Positions 41,931 through 64,000 of a stretch of 64,000 nt of DNA are shown here, piece by piece. The notes beneath the pieces were generated by a model, which worked only from the letters and a program-made list of their open reading frames with translations, did not search any database and was not told the DNA's origin. A program made the position numbers and the translations under genes. Numbering within the stretch: position 1 is the first letter of the stretch; each line of letters starts with the position of its first letter. This DNA is from the human T2T-CHM13v2.0 reference genome, Homo sapiens, in NCBI RefSeq assembly GCF_009914755.1, contig NC_060947.1. One strand, 5' to 3'.

Positions 41931-42945
41931 GTGGGGAAAAAACAGAGCAGAAAAACTGGAAACTCTAAAAAGCAGAGCGCCTCTCCTCCTCCAAAGGAAT
42001 GCAGCTCCTCACCAGCAATGGAAAAAAGCTGGACGGAGAATGACTGACGAGTTGAGAGAAGAAGGCTTCAGACGATCAAACTACTCTGAGCTACAGGAGG
42101 AAATTCAAACCAAAGGCAAAGAAGTTGAAAACTTTGAAAAAAATTTAGAAGAATGTATAACTAGAATAACCAATACAGAGAAGTGCTTAAAGGACCTGAT
42201 GGAGCTGAAAGCCAAGGCTCAAGAACTACGTGAAGAATGCAGAAGCCTCAGGAGCCGACGTGATCAACTGGAAGAAAGCGTATCAGTGATGGAAGATGAA
42301 ATGAATAAAATGAAGCAAGAAGGGAAGTTTAGAGAAAAAAGAATAAAAAGAAATGAACAAAGCCTCCAAGAAATATGGGACTATGTGAAAAGACCAAATC
42401 TACGTCTGATTGGTGTACCTGAAAGTGACGGGGAGAATGGAACCAAGTTGGAAAACACTCTGCAGGATATTATCCAGGAGAACTTCCCCAATCTAGCAAG
42501 GCAGGCCAACATTCAGATTCAGGAAATACAGAGAACGCCACAAAGATACTCCTTGAGAAGAGCAACTCCAAGACACATAATTGTCAGATTCACCAAAGTT
42601 GAAATGGAGGAAAAAATGTTAAGGGCAGCCAGCGAGAAAGGTCAGGTTACCCACAAACGGAAGCCCATCAGACTAACAGCGGATCTCTCGGCAGAAACTC
42701 TACAAGCCAGAAGAGAGTGGGGACCAATATTCAACATTCTTAAAGAAAAGAATTTTCAACCCAGAATTTCATATCCAGCCACACTAAGCTTCAAAAGTGA
42801 AGGAGAAATCAAATACTTTACAGACAAGCAAATGCTGAGAGATTTTGTCACCACCAGGCCTGCCCTAAAAGAGCTCCTGAAGGAAGCACTAAACATGGAA
42901 AGGAACAACCGGTACCAGCCACTGCAAAATCATGCCAAATTGTAA
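41931..42945 (+). pseudogene. L1 ORF1 (RNA-binding/chaperone), start ATG>GTG and an early 2-bp deletion; residual 301-aa frame 42040-42945
   Basis: ...EIWDYVKRPNLRLIGVPE...QARREW...PLQNHAKL*. Confidence 0.93.
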
Positions 42946-43001
42946 AGACCATCGAGGCTAGGAAGAAACTGCATCAACTAACGAGCAAAATAACCAGCTA
43001 A

Positions 43002-45661
<2,660 letters not shown>

Positions 45662-45664
45662 TGA

Positions 45665-45960
45665 AAACCATACTGCCTACTAAAAGCAATTTAAACTTTT
45701 AAATATGACATTTAAGACCTTCCATGATCTGATACCAGCCTATCTCTCAGCGTTGTTTCTTACAATTCATATTCATGTATCTTGCACTCCAGAAAACAGT
45801 TTGCCTAATATGCCACATGCTTTCCTCATGTGTTGCCTTGGCTGTGATACCTTCTGTTTCTGCTCTTGCCATCTCTACAAGTCCAAATGTTGCCCATTCT
45901 TTAAGATCCAGTTCAAATGTCATTCTGTTCACTTAGAAGAATCTTCAACCTCCTCTGTGC
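45665..45960 (+). mobile_element. L2 fragment
   Basis: atgacatttaagacctttccatgatctg...tttaagatccagttcaaatgtca. Confidence 0.55.
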
Positions 45961-47584
45961 ATCTGAAGCTCTTCAAACTGACCTCCTGCCCAGGAATGGC
46001 TTTTATTCTGGTTTAGCTGGGGAGAGGGGATGGTAAGAGAACCTATGCGCTTGTCAGTTTCCTAGATCCCTGCCTGCCTTATAAGCTTGTCATAAGGATG
46101 CAATGAGAAAATGGATATAAAAGGGTTTTTGAACTGTAGAGCACTGTAATGGTCATCATTGCATTTGGAGTATCTCTTTATTTTTCCAGGTTTGGGAAAC
46201 CATAGTCTTTTCAGGGTGTGCCTATTTTAAGGAGGGCAAAGTTCCATTTCTGATCTATATTTTTGAAAATGTCAAAAGTTGAATAAGAAAAAGGGCAAGT
46301 AATAAAAGGTAACATGGAGAAATACAAATATTGACTTTTATTAGATGATGAGAATGTGGACAATTATGGTATTACATTTCTGTTGCTTTTATAATAGAGG
46401 AACATGAAAAGATGAGAAAAGCAAGGATAGCTGCTTGGAATTAATTGTGTATGCTCATAGCTTTTGTTCGATTTGCAAAATCTGTGTTCATTTAAAAGCC
46501 CTAAGAGCAGGCTTACGCTCTTTACTGATAGAATGATAGGGCCATAGTGCTATAAAATGAAGGGTGGCTACAGGCCCAGGTTTTATTTATGTCTATATGT
46601 GCATGTATAAAACCCACCTCCATGCTAAAGGATGACACTCAAAAGCCTTTAAAGAGACAGTGACATCTGCTATGGGGGAGTCACACTGGGGACAACTTGA
46701 TTGACCATTTTTGGCATATGCTGGTCTAAATACCTCATCTATTGGCTAACAATCTTTTCTGAATTAGGTCCAACTCTCAGCAGGCACATTTCCATCTGGT
46801 TAAGTTTAGAACTCAAGCTGTTTTTAAAAACGACCTTACAACAATACTAGCCTAGGCAAAAGGTTCTTATGTATATCACCCCTGCCCTTCTCTAAAATAC
46901 ATTTTCATTTCTCTTTGTTTTAAACCAGGGGTGAGTGACATGGTTGTTGGGGCTCTTGGAGCCTGGATTTTGATGAAGAGCAAGACTGTTTTTTTTAAAA
47001 AAAACAAAACAAAACAAAACACAAAAGGAGATAGGGAGAAAGAAAATGTGTACTCCTGGAAAAAAAAAAAGACTAGAGTGCTTGCATGGTAAAACAGGAA
47101 GCTGATATGTTGGATGCCTGCATTCTCTCAGTTGAGGGAGGTAACCCTGATGAACAGCTGCTTAGTGTAGACAGAACCTTCTGCTACATGGATCTCTCAT
47201 TGTTTCTACATCATGCACTAGCCTTTGGGACAGTGCCTCATATTATCAACTCTCACAGATGATTAGAAGAGAGGTGACAAAAAGCAAAGCTATGTGGTGT
47301 ATAACATGTACCAGCAGGACAGTAAATCAAAAGCCTGAGGGCTTTGTCTTGTAATTTCCTCAATAATAATGCTGCTCACCTTTCCTTACCACTCTCTGCT
47401 TCTCACTTCTGGGTATAAGTTCCCATAGGAGAGTTGACTGGTTTAGGGATGGAAAGAGAAGGGCAAGTTAGAGGATTGAGAGATATGGTTAGTATTTCTT
47501 CAGAATGTGTTTACAGCCCTGATATTAACATAGAAGCCTGAGGTAGAGCCTCTCATATCCAGGTGCTCTGTGATTCTGTCATAG

Positions 47585-50139
<2,555 letters not shown>

Positions 50140-50184
50140 AGAAAGCAATGTTTGGGATGGTGTCAGAAGTCTAGGGGTGTCCAG

Positions 50185-50510
50185 TTCTTTTTTCAGTTAA
50201 ACATTTTTAATTTTGAAATAAGTTAAGACTCATAAGAAGTTGCAAAACAGTAGAGAGTTCCTGTGTACCCCTCATCCAGATTTCCCCAGTAGAAACATCT
50301 TATGTAACCATAGAACATTATGAAAACCAGGAAATTAACATTGGTACAATGCTATTAGCCAAACTCTAGATCTGATTCAGATGTTATTAAGTTTTATATG
50401 CATTCATTTTTGGAGGTATTTCAAATGAAATTTCATCACTTGTAACTACCATCACCATCAGGGTACAAAACTGTTCCATTACCAGAAAGAAGCTTCCTCA
50501 TGCTAACCTT
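50185..50510 (-). mobile_element. L1MC-type 3' end fragment
   Basis: tttaattttgaaataa..agactcataagaagttgcaaaa..gtagagagttcctgtgtaccc. Confidence 0.75.
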
Positions 50511-51330
50511 TTATTAAAAATGAGTCACACTAGGGGTGCTTAAGATTAACTAAGTTTAAACCTATCCGAAGTGGCCCCTAACAGGAAATACTTTCCTGAA
50601 GCCTTTCTTCCAGCTTAAACCATCATGCGTGACCTCCAGAGGAACACTATTTTCATATTAAATCTCTGGCATGAGTGTGAATAATTTCCTTATTGCTTGG
50701 TTTCCCGTAGCACAGCTGTAAAAGGTTGAAATTTTTTTAAGACTTGAAAAAATGTGAATGAAGAACACAAAGAAAATAAAGAAGTACAAGACACATACAA
50801 GAAAACCAAGCTTCCAAATATTTTTTTTTGCCAATTCCACACTAGTTAACTTGCTTATAGGACTCTTAAGCCATGTCCCATGCCTTATTCTGCCTCCTTA
50901 GCTACTTGTGCTTCAGCCCCCAGGTACTGGCCAATACAACTTCCCAGGCACCTTGACTTACCCATTCTCCAAGTCTCCATATGACAGGAATCAATGTATT
51001 TCCTATTACTTATAAGACAGCTATTCCTTCCTTTTGCTTCTTCCATCAAGTACCCACACCTCTAACCCTATATGGCCATCCATTCAGTGATGACTTCCCA
51101 TCTGACATTTTATCCATAATTGATTGGTGACTGACACAACTAATATTCTCATCTTTTAGGTGAGACTCTCACAGTAGTAATACAGTAGTAATATAGTAAT
51201 ATAGTAGTTACATAAAGTCTTGTTAAGGTCTTTTCATTATAGACTCCCATAAAGTAACCGCTTAGCCTTGTTATCACACGTTTATCTCTAAGAGGGTCTC
51301 TATAAATCTGAACTCATCAGAGAAAGGGAC

Positions 51331-51943
51331 TATATTAGTTTTTTAGGGCAATGTAATAAATCATCACAAACTTAGCTGCTGAAAAAAAACAACAATTTAT
51401 TACCTCACAGTTCTATGGAAGTTGAGGAATGCTATAGCTGCATTTTTCTGCTCAGGGGTTTTACTGAACTAAACTCAGGGTGTTGGCTGAGGTGCATTCC
51501 TTTCTGGAAACTCTAAGGAATAAATTAATTCAAACCTCATTCAGGTTGTTGGAGAATTCATTTCCTTCCAGCTGTAGGACAGAGGTCCCTATTTTTCTGC
51601 TATTTGTTGGCTAGGGAATGCAATGCTCTCAGCTCCAGAGGCTACCCCTCTCCATTGGCAGTTCACACTGTGGGTGTTTGCTTTATTCCAGGCCTGATGG
51701 ATAACCTCTCTCTGACTTACTCATCTGCTCCCAGTTGGAGAAAACTCTATTTCTAAAGCACTTATGTGATTAGGACAGGTCCACTAGATAATCTCCCTGT
51801 CTTAAAATCATCTGTGCTACATGATATAACCTAATCATAGGAGTAAAATGCATCATCTTCACAGCCCTGGGGATTATTCAGGGAATGCACACAAGGGAAA
51901 GGGAAATACTGGGGGACACAACACCTTATATTCTGCCTACAAC
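51331..51943 (-). mobile_element. MLT1E-like MaLR solo LTR
   Basis: tatattagttt...cacaaacttagctgct...atttattacctcacagttct...attctgcctacaaca. Confidence 0.78.
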
Positions 51944-52454
51944 ATGGAACACTGTTTTTCCTTTTTAAACAAATCCCTTCAGTGATTGCTTCTCCATCCA
52001 GAATAAAGGCTGGATGAAAAATAGCCTAGGTTCTAAATTGATGTACTAAGAACAGGTAACAAGTAAGACCAGTTATTGATTCCTTCAACCCTTATGAAGA
52101 TGAGTCAGAGCCTATGGTGACATGAGCCCCTAAGCCCAATGGACTCAAGTTGTGAGCCACCTTGGTCACATATCCCAGAAATCTGTGCAAATACTAGAAC
52201 TTTCTATCTATGCTTGATATGAAAAAGTTCAGGAACATAACTTTAGTGCTTCAGGAAAATGAAAACAAGCTATTCAGGCCAATGTGAAATGTGCTTAGAA
52301 CTCAGATCTGATGTCATTCTATTCTGACAAGGTCACTGTGATATTTAATGGTGCCTTGAATGTGCAAAGTGCTATTTAGAATACATACAGACACGCTACT
52401 CAAAATTTACGTGTGGAATGGGCTTTATATTTCAGTTGAAATGGATTTTTCTCT

Positions 52455-52925
52455 ATATGATTTAAGAGAACAATGCATAAAACAATATTTATAAATCAGT
52501 GTTGATGGGCACACATAATGTATAAAATGTAATTTGTGATAACAACATAAATGGGAAGGGAGGAAACTATATAGGAGGAGAGTTCTTGTATATGATTGAA
52601 GCGAAGTTGGTATTAATTCAAACTAGATCGTTATAAGTTTAAGATGTTGATTGTAACCACTAAGAAAATAACTAAAAATATACAGAAAAGGAAAAGAGAA
52701 AGTACAATACAAAAAGTCAACTGAACACAAAAGAAGGCAGTTATATTGAAATTGAGGAATAAAAAGCATGTAAGACATGCAGGAAACAAATAGCAAAATG
52801 GCTGAATTGAAGTCTTCCTTATCAGTATTTTAAATGTAAAGAGACTCTTCAGTTAAAAAGCAGAGATTGGTAGATGAATGAAGAAATATAATCCAACTAT
52901 TCACTGTCTATAAGACACTCACTCC
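52455..52925 (+). mobile_element. Old L1M inter-ORF/ORF2-start fragment
   Basis: gtaaccactaagaaaataac...taaatgtaaa...gcagagattggtagatg...tccaactat..ctgtcta. Confidence 0.7.
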
Positions 52926-54339
52926 CCATCATTTTACCCCAAAGCCTCCAAAATTGTCTCAGTGTTTGCAGTCTTAATCTCCTACAAACTATTTCCCAAA
53001 ATCAGAGTAATCATTCTAAAATAATTCTCATCTAAAAAGTCTCCTTCAGTGGCTTTCTGATGCTTAAAATAAATAAAATCCAAGTACTGTACCATGGCTT
53101 ATAGGACTCACCAAAGATTTGCCACTAGTTCTTAATATTCACCTCCATCTTTCTCATTCTACACTCCAACCGTAAACTCAACTGCTCGCTCTTTTCCACT
53201 CTAATTTTCATTTTTTGGGCTTTGTGTGTGTGATAATTCCTTCTCCATGAGCAATTCTTACTCATGCTTCAGTTAACTGTATCTTTCAGAAAGCCGTCTC
53301 TGACCAAGGCCCATTGCTCCCCACTCCTGAACTGTGTCTACCCTGATAATATTGAAATTTCCTGTATTTTTGTCCTTATCTCCCCATTGGGTGTAATTAT
53401 TATTGGCTATTCTGCTGCCTAATGACCTCTTTGTTTTTATTACTGTTAAGGAAGCCACAAGGACTGTTGTACTACTAGCTAAGTTCCCCACTGGGTGCTC
53501 TACACTTGAGTTCATTGTAGACACTTGGGTTCTGAGTAAGTTTTGTTTGAAAACAGCCAACATGATTGTTTCTTTTTAAAAGGCAAGAATCTGACTGGCT
53601 TCTTTTAGTTGTACCTTGTTATCTGCCTCTCTAATAAGTAATATATTCTCCTCACTCACCTGCAAATGTCATGTCTATCTTATCTGGCACTGTAATTTCC
53701 CATTACCTACAATAGGATCAGATATTTCATAAGTACTTAATTGATATTTTTGAATATCTAAAAATTTGCAGTGTTATCCAGCCAGGATTATTTACTGATG
53801 AACTGCTTGATTCCAGAAGGGAAAAGAGTGAAAAAGGGGTCTATGAATGCAAACCTTTAGACTAATATTAATAACTCAGGTGAGATGGGTGGAATCTGGG
53901 CATCATCCTATTAAGGAGGAAATTTGAATGCTGAGTGATAAGGTGGAGGAATTAACTTGAACAAAGTCCATAGGTAAGCCTCATCCTTACCTGTGGGAAA
54001 AATTGGAGATATGGGTAAAGCACAATTCAGGATATCACAAGTCAAGTTCTACTAACACATGTGTTAGGACCAGGAAACACTGAGAAGGAGACACTGTTGA
54101 AGATTCTGTACCTTAATAATTACAAACACAAAAACACATGCTCTTTAGAGACCCATATATGCCTAATGACTTTCATAGTACTCCCTCAAAATGTGTGTTT
54201 TAAGCCTTTTAACCTTCCCCAAAAAACACGAAGTAGCAAGGATTATCCATTTGCTTGGCATAGTATCGCCTTGACCAATAAAAGCCCAGTGTTGATGAGC
54301 AAGAACTTCTAGACTGGTACTCCAATTTTTCTGACCCAA

Positions 54340-55220
54340 ACTTTATTCAACATTTACTGAATGATACCAAGTATATTCAGTGCAAATATTGCACTGGGTG
54401 GTGCTGCACGGGAATCATTCAGTAAGACAATTTCTTAAGGTTACAGTAAAGCAAAGAGTGACACAAATACTTATGTCCACAAGTCCAAAGTGTGAAGGGA
54501 GTATACAGTCAGGAAAGATGAATTTAAACTGGGGTTGGATTTGGGAAATATAAGTTTTGTGAAGGGTATAGGATTTTAGTTGAACCTTCTTTGAAGAACG
54601 GATAAATCTTTCAGGTAAGGGGGAGTAGAGCACTCTATGCAGAAGTAATAACTTAAACAAGGGGTCAGAGGTAAAAGTAAAAAAAAATTGGGTGATGGTG
54701 ATAAAATAATGTACATGTAAGATTTGTGCGTTCAAATCTGAAATGGAAGATGATACTGGGCACTCTAAATTGGGGCTTATTTTGGAGGATCTTGGATGCC
54801 AGGCTGAGCAGTAAGGATTTTATTAAGAAGTGAGCTCAAGCTTAGATATGTGTTTTAGGAAGATAACTCTGATGGCACTGGGGAAATGGGGAGGGAATGG
54901 ACTAGAAAAGAATGGACTGGAAAAGGAATGGGGAAGGAATGGCTTGCAAATGAAAATTTTCCATTTGCAAGTAATGAATGGGCCTGGTGATTTCAAGTAA
55001 TAAGAGCCTAAACTATGGAGGTGCAATGAGAATGAAGCAAACTGGAGATATCTCAGGAGCAAATGTCTGTTCGAATGAATTAGCAAGAGTAAACTAATGG
55101 ACTTTGACAAAATGTTGTTTTTTGAGGGATTCTGAAGATATTAGTGGGAGACTAGGACAACAGAGTGACTTTAATCAAGATAAAAAAGAAAAGAAGGAGC
55201 TGTCTTGTGAATTATTCACA
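54340..55220 (-). mobile_element. L2 fragment
   Basis: ttattcaacatttactgaatg...gatatgtgttttaggaagataactctgatggca. Confidence 0.55.
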
Positions 55221-56333
55221 TATCTGACACAAAATGTTGCTTTGGGAGTTCCAGATATGTTCTAAGTTGGCCTTCAGGCGATCAGTGGAAGAATAGTAGA
55301 TGCTAGAGTTTAAAATAAAACAGGCTTCACACTAGAGTAAGTCAGGCACTTCTTAGGTTTCCCTTGAACCTTTCGTCTTAGAGTTGCACACAGAGTTTTT
55401 TCCTACAAAGGTCAAATATCATTTTAGAACAGCTTCTTAGTTCAATTTATGATAGTAAAAGTCTGATGACATTTTAAACTTGCAAAAAGTAACAGAGAGA
55501 ACAAGCTGGAAATAGAATTATATGAAAGAACAAGTAATCCTGAGCCTTATTTGTTCACTGGAGGTAGGGAGGCCAGAAGAATTAAAAGGTAAGAAACTCT
55601 ACAAGCAACCTTACGCTGAGAATCTATTCACCAAGCACACATTTACTGAATCCCATGAGCAAGGGCCTTACTAGATACTGTCGGAGCTACAAACATGAAC
55701 GAAATGGTTCTTGCTCTCCAGAAGCTTACAGTTTGGTGTGCCATAGACAAGAAGAAAAAAAAGCCACACACACACAATGATTACAAGCCTGGGTAACTAA
55801 CTGGAAGGGTGGCTGGTGCCATAATAGAAGTAAGGGGGAAAAAGCACATTTGTTTTTATATTGGACCACCTGCTTTTTGTTGGTCTTTTTGGGTTTATTT
55901 TTGGTCAGAATCTATGGTTTATTACATGTGTTAAACATTACACTTTGTTTATTGTAACAACCCTTAAAGCGTGTAAAGGAGTGGAAACGGAGCATTTTGG
56001 ATGGAAAAATAGAAGATAACTTTATTCTTAAGTCTAGCTGTAGCATTTAATTTTTATATTAAGGAGCTCAATATGTTTTCACATACATTCTCACTCTCAT
56101 ATAATTCCTGTGAAGCACAGGGAGACAGAAATTATCCAGAGTATGCAGCAAGTCATCTCTCCAGGGTCCCTCAACAACAATCAATAGCAGAGCCAGGACT
56201 GGAATGTAGGTTTCCTAACTCCCACTTTAAACCCCACTAGTTTAAACGCCACTCCTTCACAAGATAATACTTTTTTAAAAAGTTAAGTAAAATCCTCTAC
56301 ATTAGGAACTGTCAACTCTAATTTGTTTATAAC

Positions 56334-56674
<341 letters not shown>

Positions 56675-57819
56675 TGAAAACACTAAAAAGAAAGACATTG
56701 CATTGGAATTTACTGGAGATGGGCTCTTGAGCCTTGAAAGACTTCATGAAGACTGTAGACTGAGTTCCCAATAAGCTCAACCATTAACAGGGACTTTTGA
56801 AAGAAGTCTGAAGTGTATGATATTCCCTGTAAATTCATCAAGGGGTGAGGCAAAAAGTAACCTTGGTATCTACTTTCCCTTAAAAATTAGAGCCCATTTT
56901 ATACAGGGAAGTATTACATCCAGATGCCTTTGTTAATATTCCTATAAGATTAGTCATTCAAGCAACCAAGTGAGCTCCTATTACATCCTGGGCATGGCAT
57001 AAATTAGAATTTTACCCTTTCTTATAATAACTGGGCCAGGATACCTATAAAAATAAAGTAATTGGGAACCTATATCTAGGTTACTAGACATTGACCCTTT
57101 CTTTAGGCTGTAAGTTCTTGAATGTGGTGTGTGGATAATTATAATTCATTTATGTGTGTGTCTGTGTGTGCGTATACATATACACTTATATATATATATA
57201 CACATATACATGCTTATAAAAGTACATTTGAAACGTAGTTTCTGATGAAAAGTGATTTTACTGCTATGACACAGGTGGAAAAAGACTGAACTCAACAAAG
57301 TTGTACTTCTTCTTGAAAATCTAAAAGTCCCAGTAAGAAAGACCAATAGGGTTACTAGGAGGATACAGTATAACTTTTCCAGTGGTTTTCTCCTATTCTT
57401 AAAAGAAGTAGGGGGACACTCTATATCTTAAGATAAAAGCCTAGAATTAGCCTTAAATTACCAAAAACTTCTTTATTATGAATAAATCTTTCCTGCTACT
57501 GTAATTGAAGCACGTTTACTCTTTTTCTATATTAATATAAGGAGGCTGTGTAAGAGTATGAGAATACAGGACTCAGAATACGGAGTCCTCATTTCTCCAA
57601 GCTCTGTCATAGATTTATTGATTCACTCACTCACTCATTTAGATATGCACACCTCAAATAGGTATTGAGTGTCTACATAGTGTTAGTTACTGTGGATGCA
57701 GTGAACAATATTATTCAGGAATCAACCTAAATGCCCATTAACAATAGACTTTAGATAAATCATCTCTCTTCTTGAGCCTGAAATTTCTCATCTATAACAA
57801 AAAGTATGGGTCTTTATCT

Positions 57820-60917
<3,098 letters not shown>

Positions 60918-60939
60918 TTTATCTGAAAAACATTTCTTA

Positions 60940-62790
60940 TCTTTTTAATTTTCTAAAATTTTTGTGGACGCACAATAGGTGTATATATTTATGGGGCACA
61001 GAGATATTCTGATACAGACATGCAATGCATAATAGTCACATCAGGGTAAATGGGGTATCCATCCCCTCAAGCATTTGTCCTTTTTGTTACGAACAATCTA
61101 ATTATACATAGTTATTTTAAAATTACAATTAAATTATTTTTTACTATACTCACCCTGTTGTGTAGCAAGTACTAGGTCTTATTCATTTTTCTAAGTATGT
61201 TTTGTACCCAGTAACCATTCCCACTTCCACCCCTACCCCTACCATACCCTTTACATCCTATGGTAGCCATCCTTCTACTCTCTATCTCCATGATTGAATC
61301 ATTTTAATTTTTAGCTCCCACGAATAAGGGGGAACATGTGAAGTTTGTCATTCTGTGTCTGGCTTATTTCACTTAATATAATGACCTCCAGTTCCATCTA
61401 TGTTGTTGCAAATGACAGGATCTCATTATTTCTATGGCTCAACAGTACTACATTATGTACATGTACTACATTTTCTTTATCCAATAATCTGTTGATGGAT
61501 GCTTAGGTTGCTTCCAAATCTTGGCTATTGTGAATAGTACTGCAATACCTATTCACAATAGCAAAAACATGGAATCAACCTAAATGCCTATTAACAGTAG
61601 AATGGATAAAGAAAATGTTGTGCATATACGTCATAGAACACTATGTGGCCATAAAAAAGAATCAGATCTTGTCTTTTGCAGCAACATGGATGAAGCTGGG
61701 GGCCGTTATCCTAAGTGAACTAATGCAAAAACATAAAACCAAGTACCACATGTTCTCACTTATAAGTGGGAGCTAAACAATGAAAGCACACAGACATAAG
61801 GAGGGGAACAACAGCCACCAGGGTCTAATTGAGGGTGGAGAGTGGCAGAAGGGAGAGGATAAAAGACTACCTATCAGGAACTATGCTTATTACCTGGGTG
61901 TTGAAAAAAATCTCTACACCAAACCCCCATTACATGCACTTTACCTTTATAAAAAACCTGCACGTGTACTCCTAAACCTAAAATAAAAGTTGAAAAAAGA
62001 AAATAAATTACAGAGTAATGCTGCTTTAAAAAAATGTGCTATAACAAACATGGGAGTGTAGACGTGTTTTTGATATATTGATTTCCTTTCTTTTGGATAT
62101 ATACTTAGTAGTAGGATTGCTGTATTATATAATAGATCCCTTTTTCGTTCTCTGAGGAACTTCCAAACTGTTCTCCATATTGGTTGTAATAATTTACATT
62201 CCCATCCACAGTATACAAGGGTTCCCTTTTCTCCATATACTTGCTAGCATTTGTTATTGCATGTCTTTCAGGTAAAAGCTACTTTAACTGGGGAGAGATG
62301 ATGTCTCACTGTAGAACTGATTTGCAGTTCTCTGATGACCAGTGATGTTGAACACCTTTTCACATACCTGTTTGCCATTTCCATGTCTTCTTTTGAGAAA
62401 TGTATATTCGGATTTTTGCTCTTTTTAAAAAATTGAATCATTAGTTGTTTTTTTCCAGTGGAGTTGATTGAGCTTCTTATATATTCTGGTTATTAATTCC
62501 TTGCTAGATGGGTAGTTTGAAATATTTACTTGCATTCTGTCAGTTGTGTCTTCATTTTGTTTATTGTTTCCTTTGCTGTGCAGAAGGTTTTTAACTTGAT
62601 GTGATCCCATTTGTCCATTTTTGCTTTGGTTGTCTTTACTTGTGGGGTATTGCTCAAGAAATATTTGCCCAATCCAAAGTCCTGGAGAGTTTTCCTAATG
62701 TTTTCTTTTAGTAGTTTCATAGATTGAGGTCTTAGAGTTAAGTCTTTAATTTATTTTGTGTGTTTTTAAAATATTTTTTTATTTTAAAGC
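60940..62790 (-). mobile_element. L1MA2/3-type 3' fragment split by a plus-strand L1PA15/16
   Basis: taggtgtatatatttatgggg...gtaaatggggtatccatcccctcaagcattt; host resumes at ~62035. Confidence 0.8.
61548..62035 (+). mobile_element. L1PA15/16-type 3' end
   Basis: gttctcacttataagtgggagctaaac...actacctatcagg.actatgcttattacctggg...cctaaaataaaagtt. Confidence 0.82.
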
Positions 62791-62799
62791 ATCTACAGG

Positions 62800-64000
<1,201 letters not shown>

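Noticed and set aside
51172-51210. Short (AGTAGTAATAY)-like tandem, and GAATGG-like repeats at ~54880-54945
   Set aside because: Few degenerate units; ordinary slippage repeats.

Overview
Primate (hominoid-type) genomic DNA that is very L1-rich and Alu-poor, typical of chromosome X. The only genic element is a CpG-island promoter with a long, non-coding first exon on the minus strand (~13100 to 12527, donor GAG|GTGAGT). It carries CAG/CCG/CGG repeats and a single 13-codon uORF, and is tentatively NEXMIF/KIAA2022 exon 1 (from memory, unverified). Bases 1-12526 would be intron 1 and the rest upstream intergenic DNA. All recognisable protein ORFs are LINE-1 ORF1/ORF2 remnants; no intact host CDS is visible. 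Main observations: (1) four L1PA copies with distinct TSDs share non-consensus variants, two share the same ORF2 nonsense codon, and one is an old/young mosaic, which points to local L1-L1 gene conversion, a lineage-specific subfamily, or a polishing artefact; (2) a near-full-length L1PA3-type insertion has a 4.6-kb twin-priming inversion, a micro 3' transduction and the 129-bp ZNF93 segment, and its antisense promoter points at the gene; (3) an L1PA15/16 5'UTR holds a ~141-bp tandem array; (4) one L1-into-L1 junction is a fold-back; (5) a candidate RE1 site lies ~6 kb upstream. Repeat subfamily calls are from remembered consensus sequences and boundaries are approximate. I found no evidence for a wholly new protein-coding system.
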